From assembly GCA_050246755.1 (NCBI GenBank), contig JBFWVL010000001.1:1440001-1504000 (forward strand): a DNA stretch of 64,000 bases, given 5' to 3'. How positions within the stretch are numbered: the first letter of the stretch is position 1; each line of letters begins with the position of its first letter. The stretch comes from Bacteriovoracia bacterium. Its GTDB lineage: Bacteria > Bdellovibrionota > UBA1018 > CAIPTA01. Shown here piece by piece: positions 1 through 8,402 of this stretch. The notes beneath the pieces were generated by a model. That model saw only the letters and a list, made by a program, of their open reading frames with translations, was not told where the DNA came from and made no database searches. Made by a program: the position numbers and the translations under genes.

Positions 1-1
1 C

Positions 2-751
2 ACGTTAAACAAACTTTCTAGCGGCGCGCGCATCACCAAAGCCGGTGACGACGCAGCTGGACTCGCGATTTCCGAAAAGTTGAAGGGCAGCATCCGCTCC
101 ATGCAACAAGCGAATCGCAACGCCAACGATGGTATCTCGCTCATCCAAACGGCTGAGGGTGGTATCAACGAAGTATCTAACATTCTTCTTCGTCTTCGCG
201 AACTCAGCGTACAAGCTGCTTCCGACACCGTAGGCGATGCAGAACGTAGCTTCACCAACAAAGAATTCCAAGCGCTCAAGGGCGAAGTAGATCGTATCGC
301 TCAAGTGACGAAATTCAACGGACGCAGCCTGCTTAACGGCAGCGGCGAAACCCTGGATTTCCAAGTTGGTATCGAGAACAGCCCCGAGAACGATCGTCTT
401 CAGTACGCTACGGCGACCACGGACATCACTCTTGGTAAGCTCGGCCTCTCCGATACCGGCACCATGACCAAGCAAGCCGCCCAAGAGAACCTCTCGAAGA
501 TCGATAGCGCCATCATGGGCGTGAACGAAAATCGCGCTGGTCTCGGCGCTCTCCAGAACCGCTTGTCTTCGACGGTAAGCAACCTCGGTATCGCTACCGA
601 GAACTTGGCCGCCGCTAACTCGCGAATCCGCGACGCTGATATGGCTCAAGAGACTTCCGAGTTGACCAAGGCTTCGATTCTCTCGCAAGCTGGTACTGCA
701 GTGTTGTCGCAAGCCAACTCTAGCCAGAACCTTGCTCTGAAATTGCTCTAA
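2..751 (+). CDS. fliC: Flagellin, 5' end outside the window
   Basis: Frame open from nt 2 (TLNKLSSGARITKAGDDAAGLAIS); motifs NANDGISLIQTAEG, LGALQNRL, SRIRDADMAQE, LSQAN. Confidence 0.97.
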   Translation, partial: TLNKLSSGARITKAGDDAAGLAISEKLKGSIRSMQQANRNANDGISLIQTAEGGINEVSNILLRLRELSVQAASDTVGDAERSFTNKEFQALKGEVDRIAQVTKFNGRSLLNGSGETLDFQVGIENSPENDRLQYATATTDITLGKLGLSDTGTMTKQAAQENLSKIDSAIMGVNENRAGLGALQNRLSSTVSNLGIATENLAAANSRIRDADMAQETSELTKASILSQAGTAVLSQANSSQNLALKLL

Positions 752-813
752 TATCTCGAAGACGGGGCTCGAACCCTGTCCGCGAGCCCTAGAACCAATG
801 TTCTAACCCACTG

Positions 814-847
814 AAACCACAGAGGATTATCCTCTGTGGTTTTTTTT
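814..847 (+). terminator. Intrinsic terminator after flagellin 1
   Basis: aaaccacagagga-tta-tcctctgtggttt hairpin followed by a T run. Confidence 0.85.
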
Positions 848-871
848 CGTCTTAATACCATACTTTTTTGC

Positions 872-898
872 TTAAGTTTTATTACCTGCTACCGAAAG
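872..898 (+). promoter_or_regulatory. Sigma28 (FliA)-type promoter of flagellin 2
   Basis: TTAAGTTT-N11-ACCGAAAG versus consensus TAAAGTTT-N11-GCCGATAA, upstream of a flagellin with an AAGGAG RBS. Confidence 0.7.
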
Positions 899-966
899 GT
901 ATGCATCAGTACTTGACTGATTCTCTTCGAAAGAGGTGAGGGGCTTAAACAATTAAGGAGTTAAAC

Positions 967-1794
967 ATGGGCTTAAGAATCGCAACTAACGTACCTTCTC
1001 TGGCTACCCAGAGAAACATCACGGCAACCTCTGAAGAAGCTAGCAAGTCATTTGCTCGCTTGTCCTCGGGCCAACGTATCACCAAAGCCGGCGACGACGC
1101 TGCCGGTCTCTCGATTTCCAATAAATTGGAAGCTAGCGTTCGCGGCATGAAAATGGCGCAACGTAACGCAAACGACGGTATCTCCTTCGTGCAAACCGCG
1201 GAAGGTGGCATCAACGAAGTATCCAACATCTTGATCCGCTTGCGTGAATTGAGCGTACAAGCTGCTTCCGACACCGTAGGGGACCAAGAGCGCGGCTTCT
1301 TGAACAAAGAAGTACAAAGCTTGAAGGGCGAAGTAGACCGTATCGCTAAATCCACGAACTACAACGGCACTAACCTGCTCGCGGGCGAAGGCAAAGAGTT
1401 GACGTTCCAAGTGGGAGCCGAAGCTGGTGAAATGAACCGCATCGCTTTCGATCCTTCGAAGACCAACGTTTCCGCCGCCGCTCTCGGCGTGGGCAGCGTA
1501 GATCTTTCTTCGAAAGACGGCGCCCTCTCCGCTCTCGGTGATCTCGACGGAGCCATCAACAAAGTGAACGAAAACCGTTCCGAACTTGGTGCTCTTCAAA
1601 ACCGCCTGCACTCCAGCTCGAACAGCTTGGGAATCGCGGTAGAGAACTTGTCCGACGCTAAATCGCGTATCTCTGATACCGACATCGCGGCCGAGACTTC
1701 GACCATGATCAAAAACCAGATCCTCCAGAACGCTGGTATCTCGGTTCTTGCTCAGGCGAACGCTGCTCCTAACGGCGCACTGAAACTTCTCTAA
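967..1794 (+). CDS. fliC: Flagellin, short (275 aa), without an outer variable domain
   Basis: MGLRIATN...LSSGQRITKAGDDAAGL...LGALQNRL...SVLAQAN; AAGGAG RBS. Confidence 0.97.
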   Translation: MGLRIATNVPSLATQRNITATSEEASKSFARLSSGQRITKAGDDAAGLSISNKLEASVRGMKMAQRNANDGISFVQTAEGGINEVSNILIRLRELSVQAASDTVGDQERGFLNKEVQSLKGEVDRIAKSTNYNGTNLLAGEGKELTFQVGAEAGEMNRIAFDPSKTNVSAAALGVGSVDLSSKDGALSALGDLDGAINKVNENRSELGALQNRLHSSSNSLGIAVENLSDAKSRISDTDIAAETSTMIKNQILQNAGISVLAQANAAPNGALKLL

Positions 1795-1935
1795 TTCACT
1801 AATTTTAGGTCTGCATCTGTAGAGGGTGCAGACCTTAAGCCCGCCCTAGCTGGGAGTGTAAGCTTTCAGCTGGGGTTTTTAAGAAGGAATAGGGCTTATC
1901 GCTGGACGCTAGATCGATTGACCGTAGAGGGAAGA

Positions 1936-2190
1936 ATGAAAAAAGCATGGAAATATTTTGTGGCAGTTGTGCTCCCGGTTTCGGGACTTTCTGCTTTGTT
2001 CGCCGCCTGCTCCACTGCTCCCTGCAATAACGACGCATGCTACGACCGTAACCTCTCTTCCGCCGACCCCTATAAGCAAGGCGACATCGCGGCCTGGGGA
2101 TCTGAAAAGCAGATCGCCGAGCAAGAAGATGAACGCGACGCTAGAGCGGAAATGAAGATGAATCGCCCGGTAAGAAACCGCGAGCGTTAA
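1936..2190 (+). CDS. Small putative lipoprotein
   Basis: MKKAWKYF...LFAAC lipobox; GAGG RBS before ATG at 1936. Confidence 0.65.
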   Translation: MKKAWKYFVAVVLPVSGLSALFAACSTAPCNNDACYDRNLSSADPYKQGDIAAWGSEKQIAEQEDERDARAEMKMNRPVRNRER

Positions 2191-2360
2191 AATGAAGAAG
2201 AAAAACCTGCTTTCCTACCTCGCGGTAAGTGCCTTCCTCGCTACCGCCTGTTTTGTGCTCCTATAAGGAAGTTTACCCGGCTCCGGAAAAGCATCCGAGT
2301 CGGGTTTATTTTTCTACAGCCTAACCGCCGCCTCTCCGATCCGTATCTTAGGAGAGGCAT

Positions 2361-2717
2361 ATGCAATCTGGAAGAGTATTGCCCGTAATCCGCCAGTTCT
2401 TTACCACCACGCTCACCGCGAAGAGCGCTACCGATTCCCATTCCCAAAATCAGCAAAAACGCGAACAAGAGCGCGAACCCACCGAAGAAGAAGCCAAAGC
2501 GGCTTTCGAGTTTCTTTTGCAGCAAGAAGAATTCAAAGCCAAGGGACTAAAGGTGGAGCTGCAATTCCTCGAGGGACGCCAGTGCATCGTGGTTTCCGAC
2601 AATGCCGGAGTCCAGCTCCGGGTAATCAAAGGCTCCGCGATCCTGCGCGTGCTTGAATCCACTATCCTCGGTAAAGACGGCCAAATGCGCGGCCGCATCC
2701 TTGATCGCCGCTTGTAA
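2361..2717 (+). CDS. FlaG-like protein
   Basis: 118 aa near the flagellins; LKVELQF...IVVSDNAGVQLRVI...GRILDRRL matches the FlaG C-terminal pattern; AGGAG RBS; sigma28-like site at 2315-2342. Confidence 0.6.
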   Translation: MQSGRVLPVIRQFFTTTLTAKSATDSHSQNQQKREQEREPTEEEAKAAFEFLLQQEEFKAKGLKVELQFLEGRQCIVVSDNAGVQLRVIKGSAILRVLESTILGKDGQMRGRILDRRL

Positions 2718-2741
2718 TTTATAAAACCCAAAGGAGTTCTC

Positions 2742-3047
2742 GTGAAAATTCTTTTCGCCACCATAAGCCTTGCCCTCGCCACTTCTTCGGCCATGGCCGG
2801 AAAAGGAGAAAGCTGCCTGGACAAAAAAGAGATGAAAATGCTCTCTACGATCCGCGGAAACCTTGTGCAGGCCAAAGTAAGCCGGCCCGACTGCGCCCGT
2901 TTGCGCGGTGCCGGCGCATGCATTTCCCCCGCGGACCAGGCTAATATGCAGTTCCTGGAGCGGAAAGAGAATGGCGATGCCGAAGCCTGCGGTGAAACCC
3001 CCGATCAGCAAGAAATAGATTCAGTTGGCGAAGAGGCGAATCCTTAA
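2742..3047 (+). CDS. Secreted Cys-containing hypothetical protein
   Basis: AAGGAG RBS, GTG start, signal peptide ending SSAMA, four Cys. Confidence 0.7.
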   Translation: MKILFATISLALATSSAMAGKGESCLDKKEMKMLSTIRGNLVQAKVSRPDCARLRGAGACISPADQANMQFLERKENGDAEACGETPDQQEIDSVGEEANP

Positions 3048-3085
3048 CGCTCGAAACCGGCCCGCTTTTCCTGTAAATTCAGAGA

Positions 3086-3829
3086 ATGCGGGTTTTCTAT
3101 ATTTCCGATATCCACCTTCCCGAAGGCACTGCACCAGCTGCGCGGCGCTTCGCCGATTTCGTGAAATCCGTTCCTCAGCCCCGCGACACGCTCGTGCTCG
3201 GTGGAGATATCTTCGATCTCTTCGTGGGAAATAAGAAAATATTCCGCGAGAAATTTGCCGAGGCGCTGCAAGCGATCCGTGGAGCGGGCGAACGCGGCAT
3301 CACGGTTCATTACCTCGAGGGAAACCATGACTTTCATCTAGCTTCGGCTTTCGCTCACACCCCGAGCTTCCATTTTCATGCCGACGATTTCTCTTTCAAT
3401 GCCGACGGAAAAAAATTCTACGTTTCCCATGGCGACTTGATCGACGAGGAAGATAGGGGCTACCGCCTCCTACGCAGGGTAACGAAGAACCGGCCGTTTC
3501 AGCTATTTGTGCAGGCGATCCCGAATATCGTGGTGGATAAGATCGGCACCTGGTCGAGCCGCCACAGCCGGAAATATACCCGCACCGAAGGCATGGGCGG
3601 TGAGAACCAGAAGAGAATCCGTGGGCTCTATCTGGAGTTCGCCAAGGAGAAAGTAAAGCAGGGCGCGAACTTTGTGCTGGTCGGCCATTCTCACCTCCGC
3701 GATCAAATTCAGATCAAGGAAGAGGGCAAGTCGGGCGAGTATATCAACCTCGGCTACTCCGCTGATTCTTTGAACTACGCGGTATGGACCGAGGGCGAAG
3801 AGCGGTTCACGCTCAAACAGTATCCCTGA
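3086..3829 (+). CDS. lpxH: UDP-2,3-diacylglucosamine hydrolase (LpxH family metallophosphoesterase)
   Basis: ISDIHL, GDIFD, GNHD, SHGD and GHSH motifs. Confidence 0.85.
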   Translation: MRVFYISDIHLPEGTAPAARRFADFVKSVPQPRDTLVLGGDIFDLFVGNKKIFREKFAEALQAIRGAGERGITVHYLEGNHDFHLASAFAHTPSFHFHADDFSFNADGKKFYVSHGDLIDEEDRGYRLLRRVTKNRPFQLFVQAIPNIVVDKIGTWSSRHSRKYTRTEGMGGENQKRIRGLYLEFAKEKVKQGANFVLVGHSHLRDQIQIKEEGKSGEYINLGYSADSLNYAVWTEGEERFTLKQYP

Positions 3830-5132
3830 TTCCCGGGTCGATCTCGGTTTCCGGCGCGCGCAGAATCACGTCTTTATCGGCGGAATAAATTCCCGGGCGG
3901 GGCAGGCCGAAGTTTGCCTCGAGCGGAAGAAAATAAGCGCCCGTGTGCGAAATCAAAAGCCGGTCCCCTTCGGTAAGCTCGGGTAAAGGGACAGATTGAA
4001 AGAGCCAGTCTCCGGAATGCGGAAGGTTTCCGTACACGAAGGTATTGGCCATGCTCAAGACGTCTTGCCCTTTCTCGCTGCTAGGTAGAGCAATGGGGTA
4101 AATTCCACGGTGGAGGGGGCCGAGGATGGCCGTATTTCCGTCGGTGATCACTACGTCGCCTTCGGGGTAGAATTTTTTCTTCACGGCACGCACTTCGATC
4201 ACGGTGCTCAGGGCCCGGGAACATACGGCGCGGCCGGGCTCGAAAAAAATCTTCCATGCTTGCGCGCGCTTCTTGCCGAGAGTATCGGCTACGACCGAGC
4301 TTACCGTTTCGCCAAGCTCTCCGAGGGAGAAGTCGCGCTCGCATTTCTCGGCGCGGAATTTTTCTGCCTGCGCCGGATTATGGAATACCGCGAGTTCGGC
4401 GGGTTGGGGGCGATAGACATAGGGGGAATCAATGCCCCCGCCCAAATCCAGGAAAGAAATTTTCGGGGCCGAAAACGAATCGACCATTTCGGCCGCGCGA
4501 ATTAGCTTCTCCGTGCGGTTTTTAAAATCTAGGCTAATTTCCAGAAGTGACTGCACCGAGGCCCCGGGGTTGGAGTGCAAATGAAGGCCGAGGGAAGAAA
4601 CTGAATTTTTTGGAAAACGGGCCAAGGCGTCTTTCAATGAATCCGCGTCGGCGTGAAAGCCAAAATGGCTATTTCCGTCATGGATTCGCAAGGCAATGGA
4701 AAGGGGACTAATGGCATCGCCGTTTTCTTTGAGGGCCTCTCCCAGCAACTGAGCCATCGGCAAGGAATCCACCGTGAGCCGCTGGATTCTTTGCCCAAGC
4801 AGGGCCTCCTCGAGGCCGGCTTTAGTCCAGGCGGCACCGTTCAACAGAATTTGGCTTCCCTTGGCTCCGGCAAGCGAGGCCTGGCGCCGGTCGGCCGCGC
4901 ATACCGTTTCGATATTCCAGCCGTCACTCACGAGGCAGCGCAGAAGGGCTAATAGAGAATTTGTTTTGGCGGAGTAATAGAGCCCGATATTAGGCAGGCG
5001 AGAGGAGAGGGCGGTTTTTAGGGTGGCAGCATCTTCTTTTAAGCGGTCCTCATAGTACACATGGAAGGGTGTAGGGTATTTTGCTAGGTGGGCCGGTAGG
5101 GCAGCGGATTTTTCGCGTTTCGTCAAAGTCAT
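3813..5132 (-). CDS. PLP-dependent fold-type III decarboxylase family protein (LysA/ODC-like)
   Basis: YYSAKTN (PLP Lys), DLGGG, FEPGRA, HTGAY; start placed at ATG 5132 after TACAAT-N6. Confidence 0.8.
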   Translation of the reverse strand: MTLTKREKSAALPAHLAKYPTPFHVYYEDRLKEDAATLKTALSSRLPNIGLYYSAKTNSLLALLRCLVSDGWNIETVCAADRRQASLAGAKGSQILLNGAAWTKAGLEEALLGQRIQRLTVDSLPMAQLLGEALKENGDAISPLSIALRIHDGNSHFGFHADADSLKDALARFPKNSVSSLGLHLHSNPGASVQSLLEISLDFKNRTEKLIRAAEMVDSFSAPKISFLDLGGGIDSPYVYRPQPAELAVFHNPAQAEKFRAEKCERDFSLGELGETVSSVVADTLGKKRAQAWKIFFEPGRAVCSRALSTVIEVRAVKKKFYPEGDVVITDGNTAILGPLHRGIYPIALPSSEKGQDVLSMANTFVYGNLPHSGDWLFQSVPLPELTEGDRLLISHTGAYFLPLEANFGLPRPGIYSADKDVILRAPETEIDPGIRDTV

Positions 5133-5185
5133 GGTAGAATTGTATATGGCCCTCCCTTGGAGTGCCACCTGAGGAGGAGTCTTGG

Positions 5186-5809
5186 GTGTCGAAGAATAAT
5201 ACCGGTAGTATTATTTTCGTGAGTCCCGGTGAGTATTTTCACGGGGCGGTTGCGGGAGCCGCGGCTACGCTGCGCGTGGATGTGTCGGATCACGCCAAAC
5301 TTTACCTCGCCCAGCTTCTCGGGCAATTCATTAGCATCGAGCATTTTTATCCTAAAGACGCCGACGGAAATCCCGCCGATACTCTCACCGAGCAGTTAAA
5401 AAATGCGCTCGCGGAAGAACAGGCCCGGGCTCGCGCGCTTCGCCTGAAGCAGCTCGGGGATTTCTCGCTCTATATCGCCGGCTTCTTCACCGATAGTCTA
5501 AGCCGCAAGCTCGTGGACGTAGATTACTATATTGGGATGGGAGAGGCGGCCTACGAGAACGCGGCCCGGCTCGAGAAGAAAGCCAAGGCGGATTTGTTCC
5601 TCGAGCTTTCGAGGAAGTTCCCGCAATTCGTAGAAATTCTCTCTCAGATCAGCGAAGAAACAGGGTTCAATCCGGAAAATCACCGCGATCTTTTGCGCGT
5701 ATATGACCTATGGAGTAAAACCGGCAGCGAGCGCCTTGCCAAACAGCTCGCCAAGGCCGGCATTGTGGCCGGCCCGAAAAAGCCCGGCGATTCCCAGGAC
5801 GATTCTTAG
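5186..5809 (+). CDS. Conserved hypothetical helical protein
   Basis: GAGGAGG RBS then GTG at 5186; LGDFSLYIAGFF...VDVDYYIGMGEAAY resembles a widespread uncharacterised family. Confidence 0.75.
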   Translation: MSKNNTGSIIFVSPGEYFHGAVAGAAATLRVDVSDHAKLYLAQLLGQFISIEHFYPKDADGNPADTLTEQLKNALAEEQARARALRLKQLGDFSLYIAGFFTDSLSRKLVDVDYYIGMGEAAYENAARLEKKAKADLFLELSRKFPQFVEILSQISEETGFNPENHRDLLRVYDLWSKTGSERLAKQLAKAGIVAGPKKPGDSQDDS

Positions 5810-5812
5810 GTT

Positions 5813-6439
5813 ATGCCGCTTCTCCTTAAAGTTATTTTGTTCAATGCCTTGATGGCCTTCGCCAATGCGCCTGCGGTGGAATTTCGCTCCACTCAAAATA
5901 TCCATGCTTCTCCGCAAATTCCTCTCCCTGCTCAATGCGAATCGAAATCCCTCGCGAAGAACATGAAGAATAGCTATATGCGCCAATTGGGTTCCTGCGG
6001 TTCCACCCAAAAGCTTTACGAGGAAGCTAACCGCGTGCGCAAAGATATCTTCGTGAAGAGGATCGCGAATACCGGCCTGCCGCCCGAGCCGGGAGATGCC
6101 TGCGAGACCGAAAGGCGCGTAGCGCTTCAGGAGAGCGTGATCGACGCCTACCAAGTGGTGGACGACGCGGTAAAAGCGGAGGAAGAGCGCCTGGCGAAAA
6201 TTTGCGGCGGTGACCGTGCCCAGATGGAAGAGTGGCGCGCTTTCGCGCAAGCTCACTGCGTGGAGCCCGCGAGGTCGGCGGCGGCGAACCTCGCGCAAGA
6301 ATTCAGGCGCGACCTCGACGCAGTGGTGGCCGACGGACAAAAAATCAAGAAAGCGTACCAAAGGCAGTTGGATGCCGATATGAGTTCGATCGCTAAAGAA
6401 ATTGCGGCGGCGCGCGCCTGTGAGAAAAGACTGAAATAA
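5813..6439 (+). CDS. Secreted helical hypothetical protein
   Basis: Signal peptide, helical composition, six Cys; starts 3 nt after the upstream stop. Confidence 0.7.
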   Translation: MPLLLKVILFNALMAFANAPAVEFRSTQNIHASPQIPLPAQCESKSLAKNMKNSYMRQLGSCGSTQKLYEEANRVRKDIFVKRIANTGLPPEPGDACETERRVALQESVIDAYQVVDDAVKAEEERLAKICGGDRAQMEEWRAFAQAHCVEPARSAAANLAQEFRRDLDAVVADGQKIKKAYQRQLDADMSSIAKEIAAARACEKRLK

Positions 6440-6470
6440 AAAAGCCAAGGCACTAGGCCTTGGCTTCTCT
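6438..6470. terminator. Hairpin/terminator between convergent genes
   Basis: aaaaaagccaagg-cactagg-ccttggctt inverted repeat with an A-tract. Confidence 0.65.
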
Positions 6471-6486
6471 AAAAAGAAATTCCAAT

Positions 6487-7137
6487 CTATTCGATCGTGA
6501 ACGTCTTGATCGCGTCGCCTTGGCTGATCTTCGGCACGTTGTCGAGGCCTTCCACAACTTTGCCGAATACGGTGTATTGGTTATCGAGGTGGGGAGCGCG
6601 GCCGAGCATGATGAAGAATTGGCTGTCGGCCGAGTTCGGATCCGCGGTGCGGGCCATCGACCAGATGCCCATTTCGTGGAGATGGGAATTGAATTCCGCC
6701 TTGAGCTTGGTGCCCGAGCCGCCGGCGCCGGTGCCGGTAGGATCGCCCGCTTGCGCTACGAAGCCGGGAATCACGCGGTGGAATTTAATACCGTTATAGA
6801 AGCCTTCGGAAATCAGCTGGGCAATGCGCTTCGCGGTGGCGGGAGCGTCGCTCGTGAAGAAACGGAATTTAATCACGCCGCCTTTTTCGAGGGTCATGGT
6901 GGCAACGGCTTTGGAAAGCCCGTCGGACTGGGGATTTAGGTCGTACTTGGTGGACATGGCGGTATTCTCCTGTGGTGCGGAAGTGGTGGCGGGAGTGGAA
7001 GCGGTGCTTTCGGTAGGGGCGGAAACGGCGGCTTCTTCATTGGAGGAATCCCCCCGTTTCATGAAATAAAAGCCGGCGGCGGCGATAACAACTAGCGCCA
7101 CGAGAACGATACCTATGATTTTGCCTTTTCCCTGCAT
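6487..7137 (-). CDS. Membrane-anchored cyclophilin-type peptidyl-prolyl isomerase
   Basis: FYNGIKFHRVIPGFVAQAGDPTGTG, SMART, SQFFI, LDNQYTVFGKV; N-terminal TM helix. Confidence 0.93.
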   Translation of the reverse strand: MQGKGKIIGIVLVALVVIAAAGFYFMKRGDSSNEEAAVSAPTESTASTPATTSAPQENTAMSTKYDLNPQSDGLSKAVATMTLEKGGVIKFRFFTSDAPATAKRIAQLISEGFYNGIKFHRVIPGFVAQAGDPTGTGAGGSGTKLKAEFNSHLHEMGIWSMARTADPNSADSQFFIMLGRAPHLDNQYTVFGKVVEGLDNVPKISQGDAIKTFTIE

Positions 7138-7204
7138 TTGACACCCCTTCGGCGGTCAGTTAACGATACCCCAGGATACTAAAGACGTTTCCCGTAACCG
7201 GCAA

Positions 7205-7945
7205 TTGGAAAAAATGGAAAAACCTTTCTGGGATCATCTAGAGGAATTGCGCGCCCGGCTGATGAATTGCCTCTATGCGCTACTCGCCACCTCGCTGGTG
7301 GGCTACCTAGTGCGCATGCCGGTGCTCGATTTTCTCAAGGCCCCCCTTTTTAAGGCCCTCCCCCCGGAACGCCAGCATCTCTATTTCACCGGGATGTTCG
7401 AAAGCTTTTTTAATCACTTGCAGATTTCGCTCCTCGTCGGAGTTTTTCTCGGGAGTCCTTATTTTGTGTACCAAATCTGGGGATTTATCAGCCCTGGCCT
7501 ACACGGCCACGAAAAGAAACTGGCCACGCCCTTTATCCTGGCCGCTACTCTCTTCTTTTTTCTTGGTGCGGCGTTCGCGTATTATCTAGTGCTCCCGCTC
7601 GGATTTAAATTCTTCCTCGAGTTTGGACAGCCGGCCGATGTGCCGATGATCACGGTGAAAGAATATTTTAGCGTTCTTTTCCGGCTATTGCTCATCTTCG
7701 GGGGAAGCTTTGAATTGCCCGTGGTGCTGGTGCTGCTAGCTAAGGTGGGGATCGTGAATTACGAAATGCTCATCGCACAGCGAAGGAACGCGATTATCGC
7801 GATTACTTTGGTTTCAGGTTTAGTGGCGCCGCCGGATGTGATGTCGATGCTGCTGATGATGGCCCCCCTCTACGTGTTCTTCGAGGGCGCGGTGCAAGTG
7901 ATACGGATGATGGAAAAGAAAAAGACCCCCCCTACGAACCGTTAG
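7205..7945 (+). CDS. tatC: Twin-arginine translocase subunit TatC
   Basis: PFWDHLEELRARL, YQIWGFISPGL, FELPVV, PPDV; six TM segments (ATG 7214 is an alternative start). Confidence 0.95.
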   Translation: MEKMEKPFWDHLEELRARLMNCLYALLATSLVGYLVRMPVLDFLKAPLFKALPPERQHLYFTGMFESFFNHLQISLLVGVFLGSPYFVYQIWGFISPGLHGHEKKLATPFILAATLFFFLGAAFAYYLVLPLGFKFFLEFGQPADVPMITVKEYFSVLFRLLLIFGGSFELPVVLVLLAKVGIVNYEMLIAQRRNAIIAITLVSGLVAPPDVMSMLLMMAPLYVFFEGAVQVIRMMEKKKTPPTNR

Positions 7946-8000
7946 GCCCGTTATGGGGAGGGGGATCTTTTCCGGCACTGAGGAGTGCTGGGAACTGAAA

Positions 8001-8216
8001 TCAACCGGTCTTTTTCGCGTGTTTCCAGTGGTCGTACTGCTCTTGCTTCTTGTCGAAGTCCATAGCGGGTTCGCCCATTTTGTTGATGAGACCGAATTTA
8101 AATTGGTCGAAGTGTTCGGCGCAGAAAGCAAATTTGCTAGGTGGGTGTTTGCACTTGTTCACTTTGCAGTGAATGGCTGCCGAAACTTCTGGTTTGCCTG
8201 GTTTTTTGTCGCCCAT
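8001..8216 (-). CDS. Small Cys/His-rich, probably zinc-binding, protein
   Basis: AGGAG RBS; C-x4-C-x9-C-x2-H pattern; sigma28-like site at 8271-8298. Confidence 0.65.
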   Translation of the reverse strand: MGDKKPGKPEVSAAIHCKVNKCKHPPSKFAFCAEHFDQFKFGLINKMGEPAMDFDKKQEQYDHWKHAKKTG

Positions 8217-8402
8217 GAGTATCTCCTGTAATTAACTGATCAATAAGCCCTGATTTATCTCACATAAAACTTCTCGGGTATTACCGGTGCCGTCTTTAGT
8301 GAAATGATCGGGTATTTTACAAGCAGTTGATTTTACTAGATTAAATAGCTAAATTTTCTCTGGCGCGGATGCTATAATAGAGGTCTATCTTTGGGGGCTC
8401 TA

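Noticed and set aside
206-1280. 29-nt identical stretch (206-234 and 1252-1280) shared by the two flagellin genes, as possible gene conversion
   Set aside because: It lies in a highly conserved flagellin segment with strong codon bias, so it cannot be separated from simple constraint.
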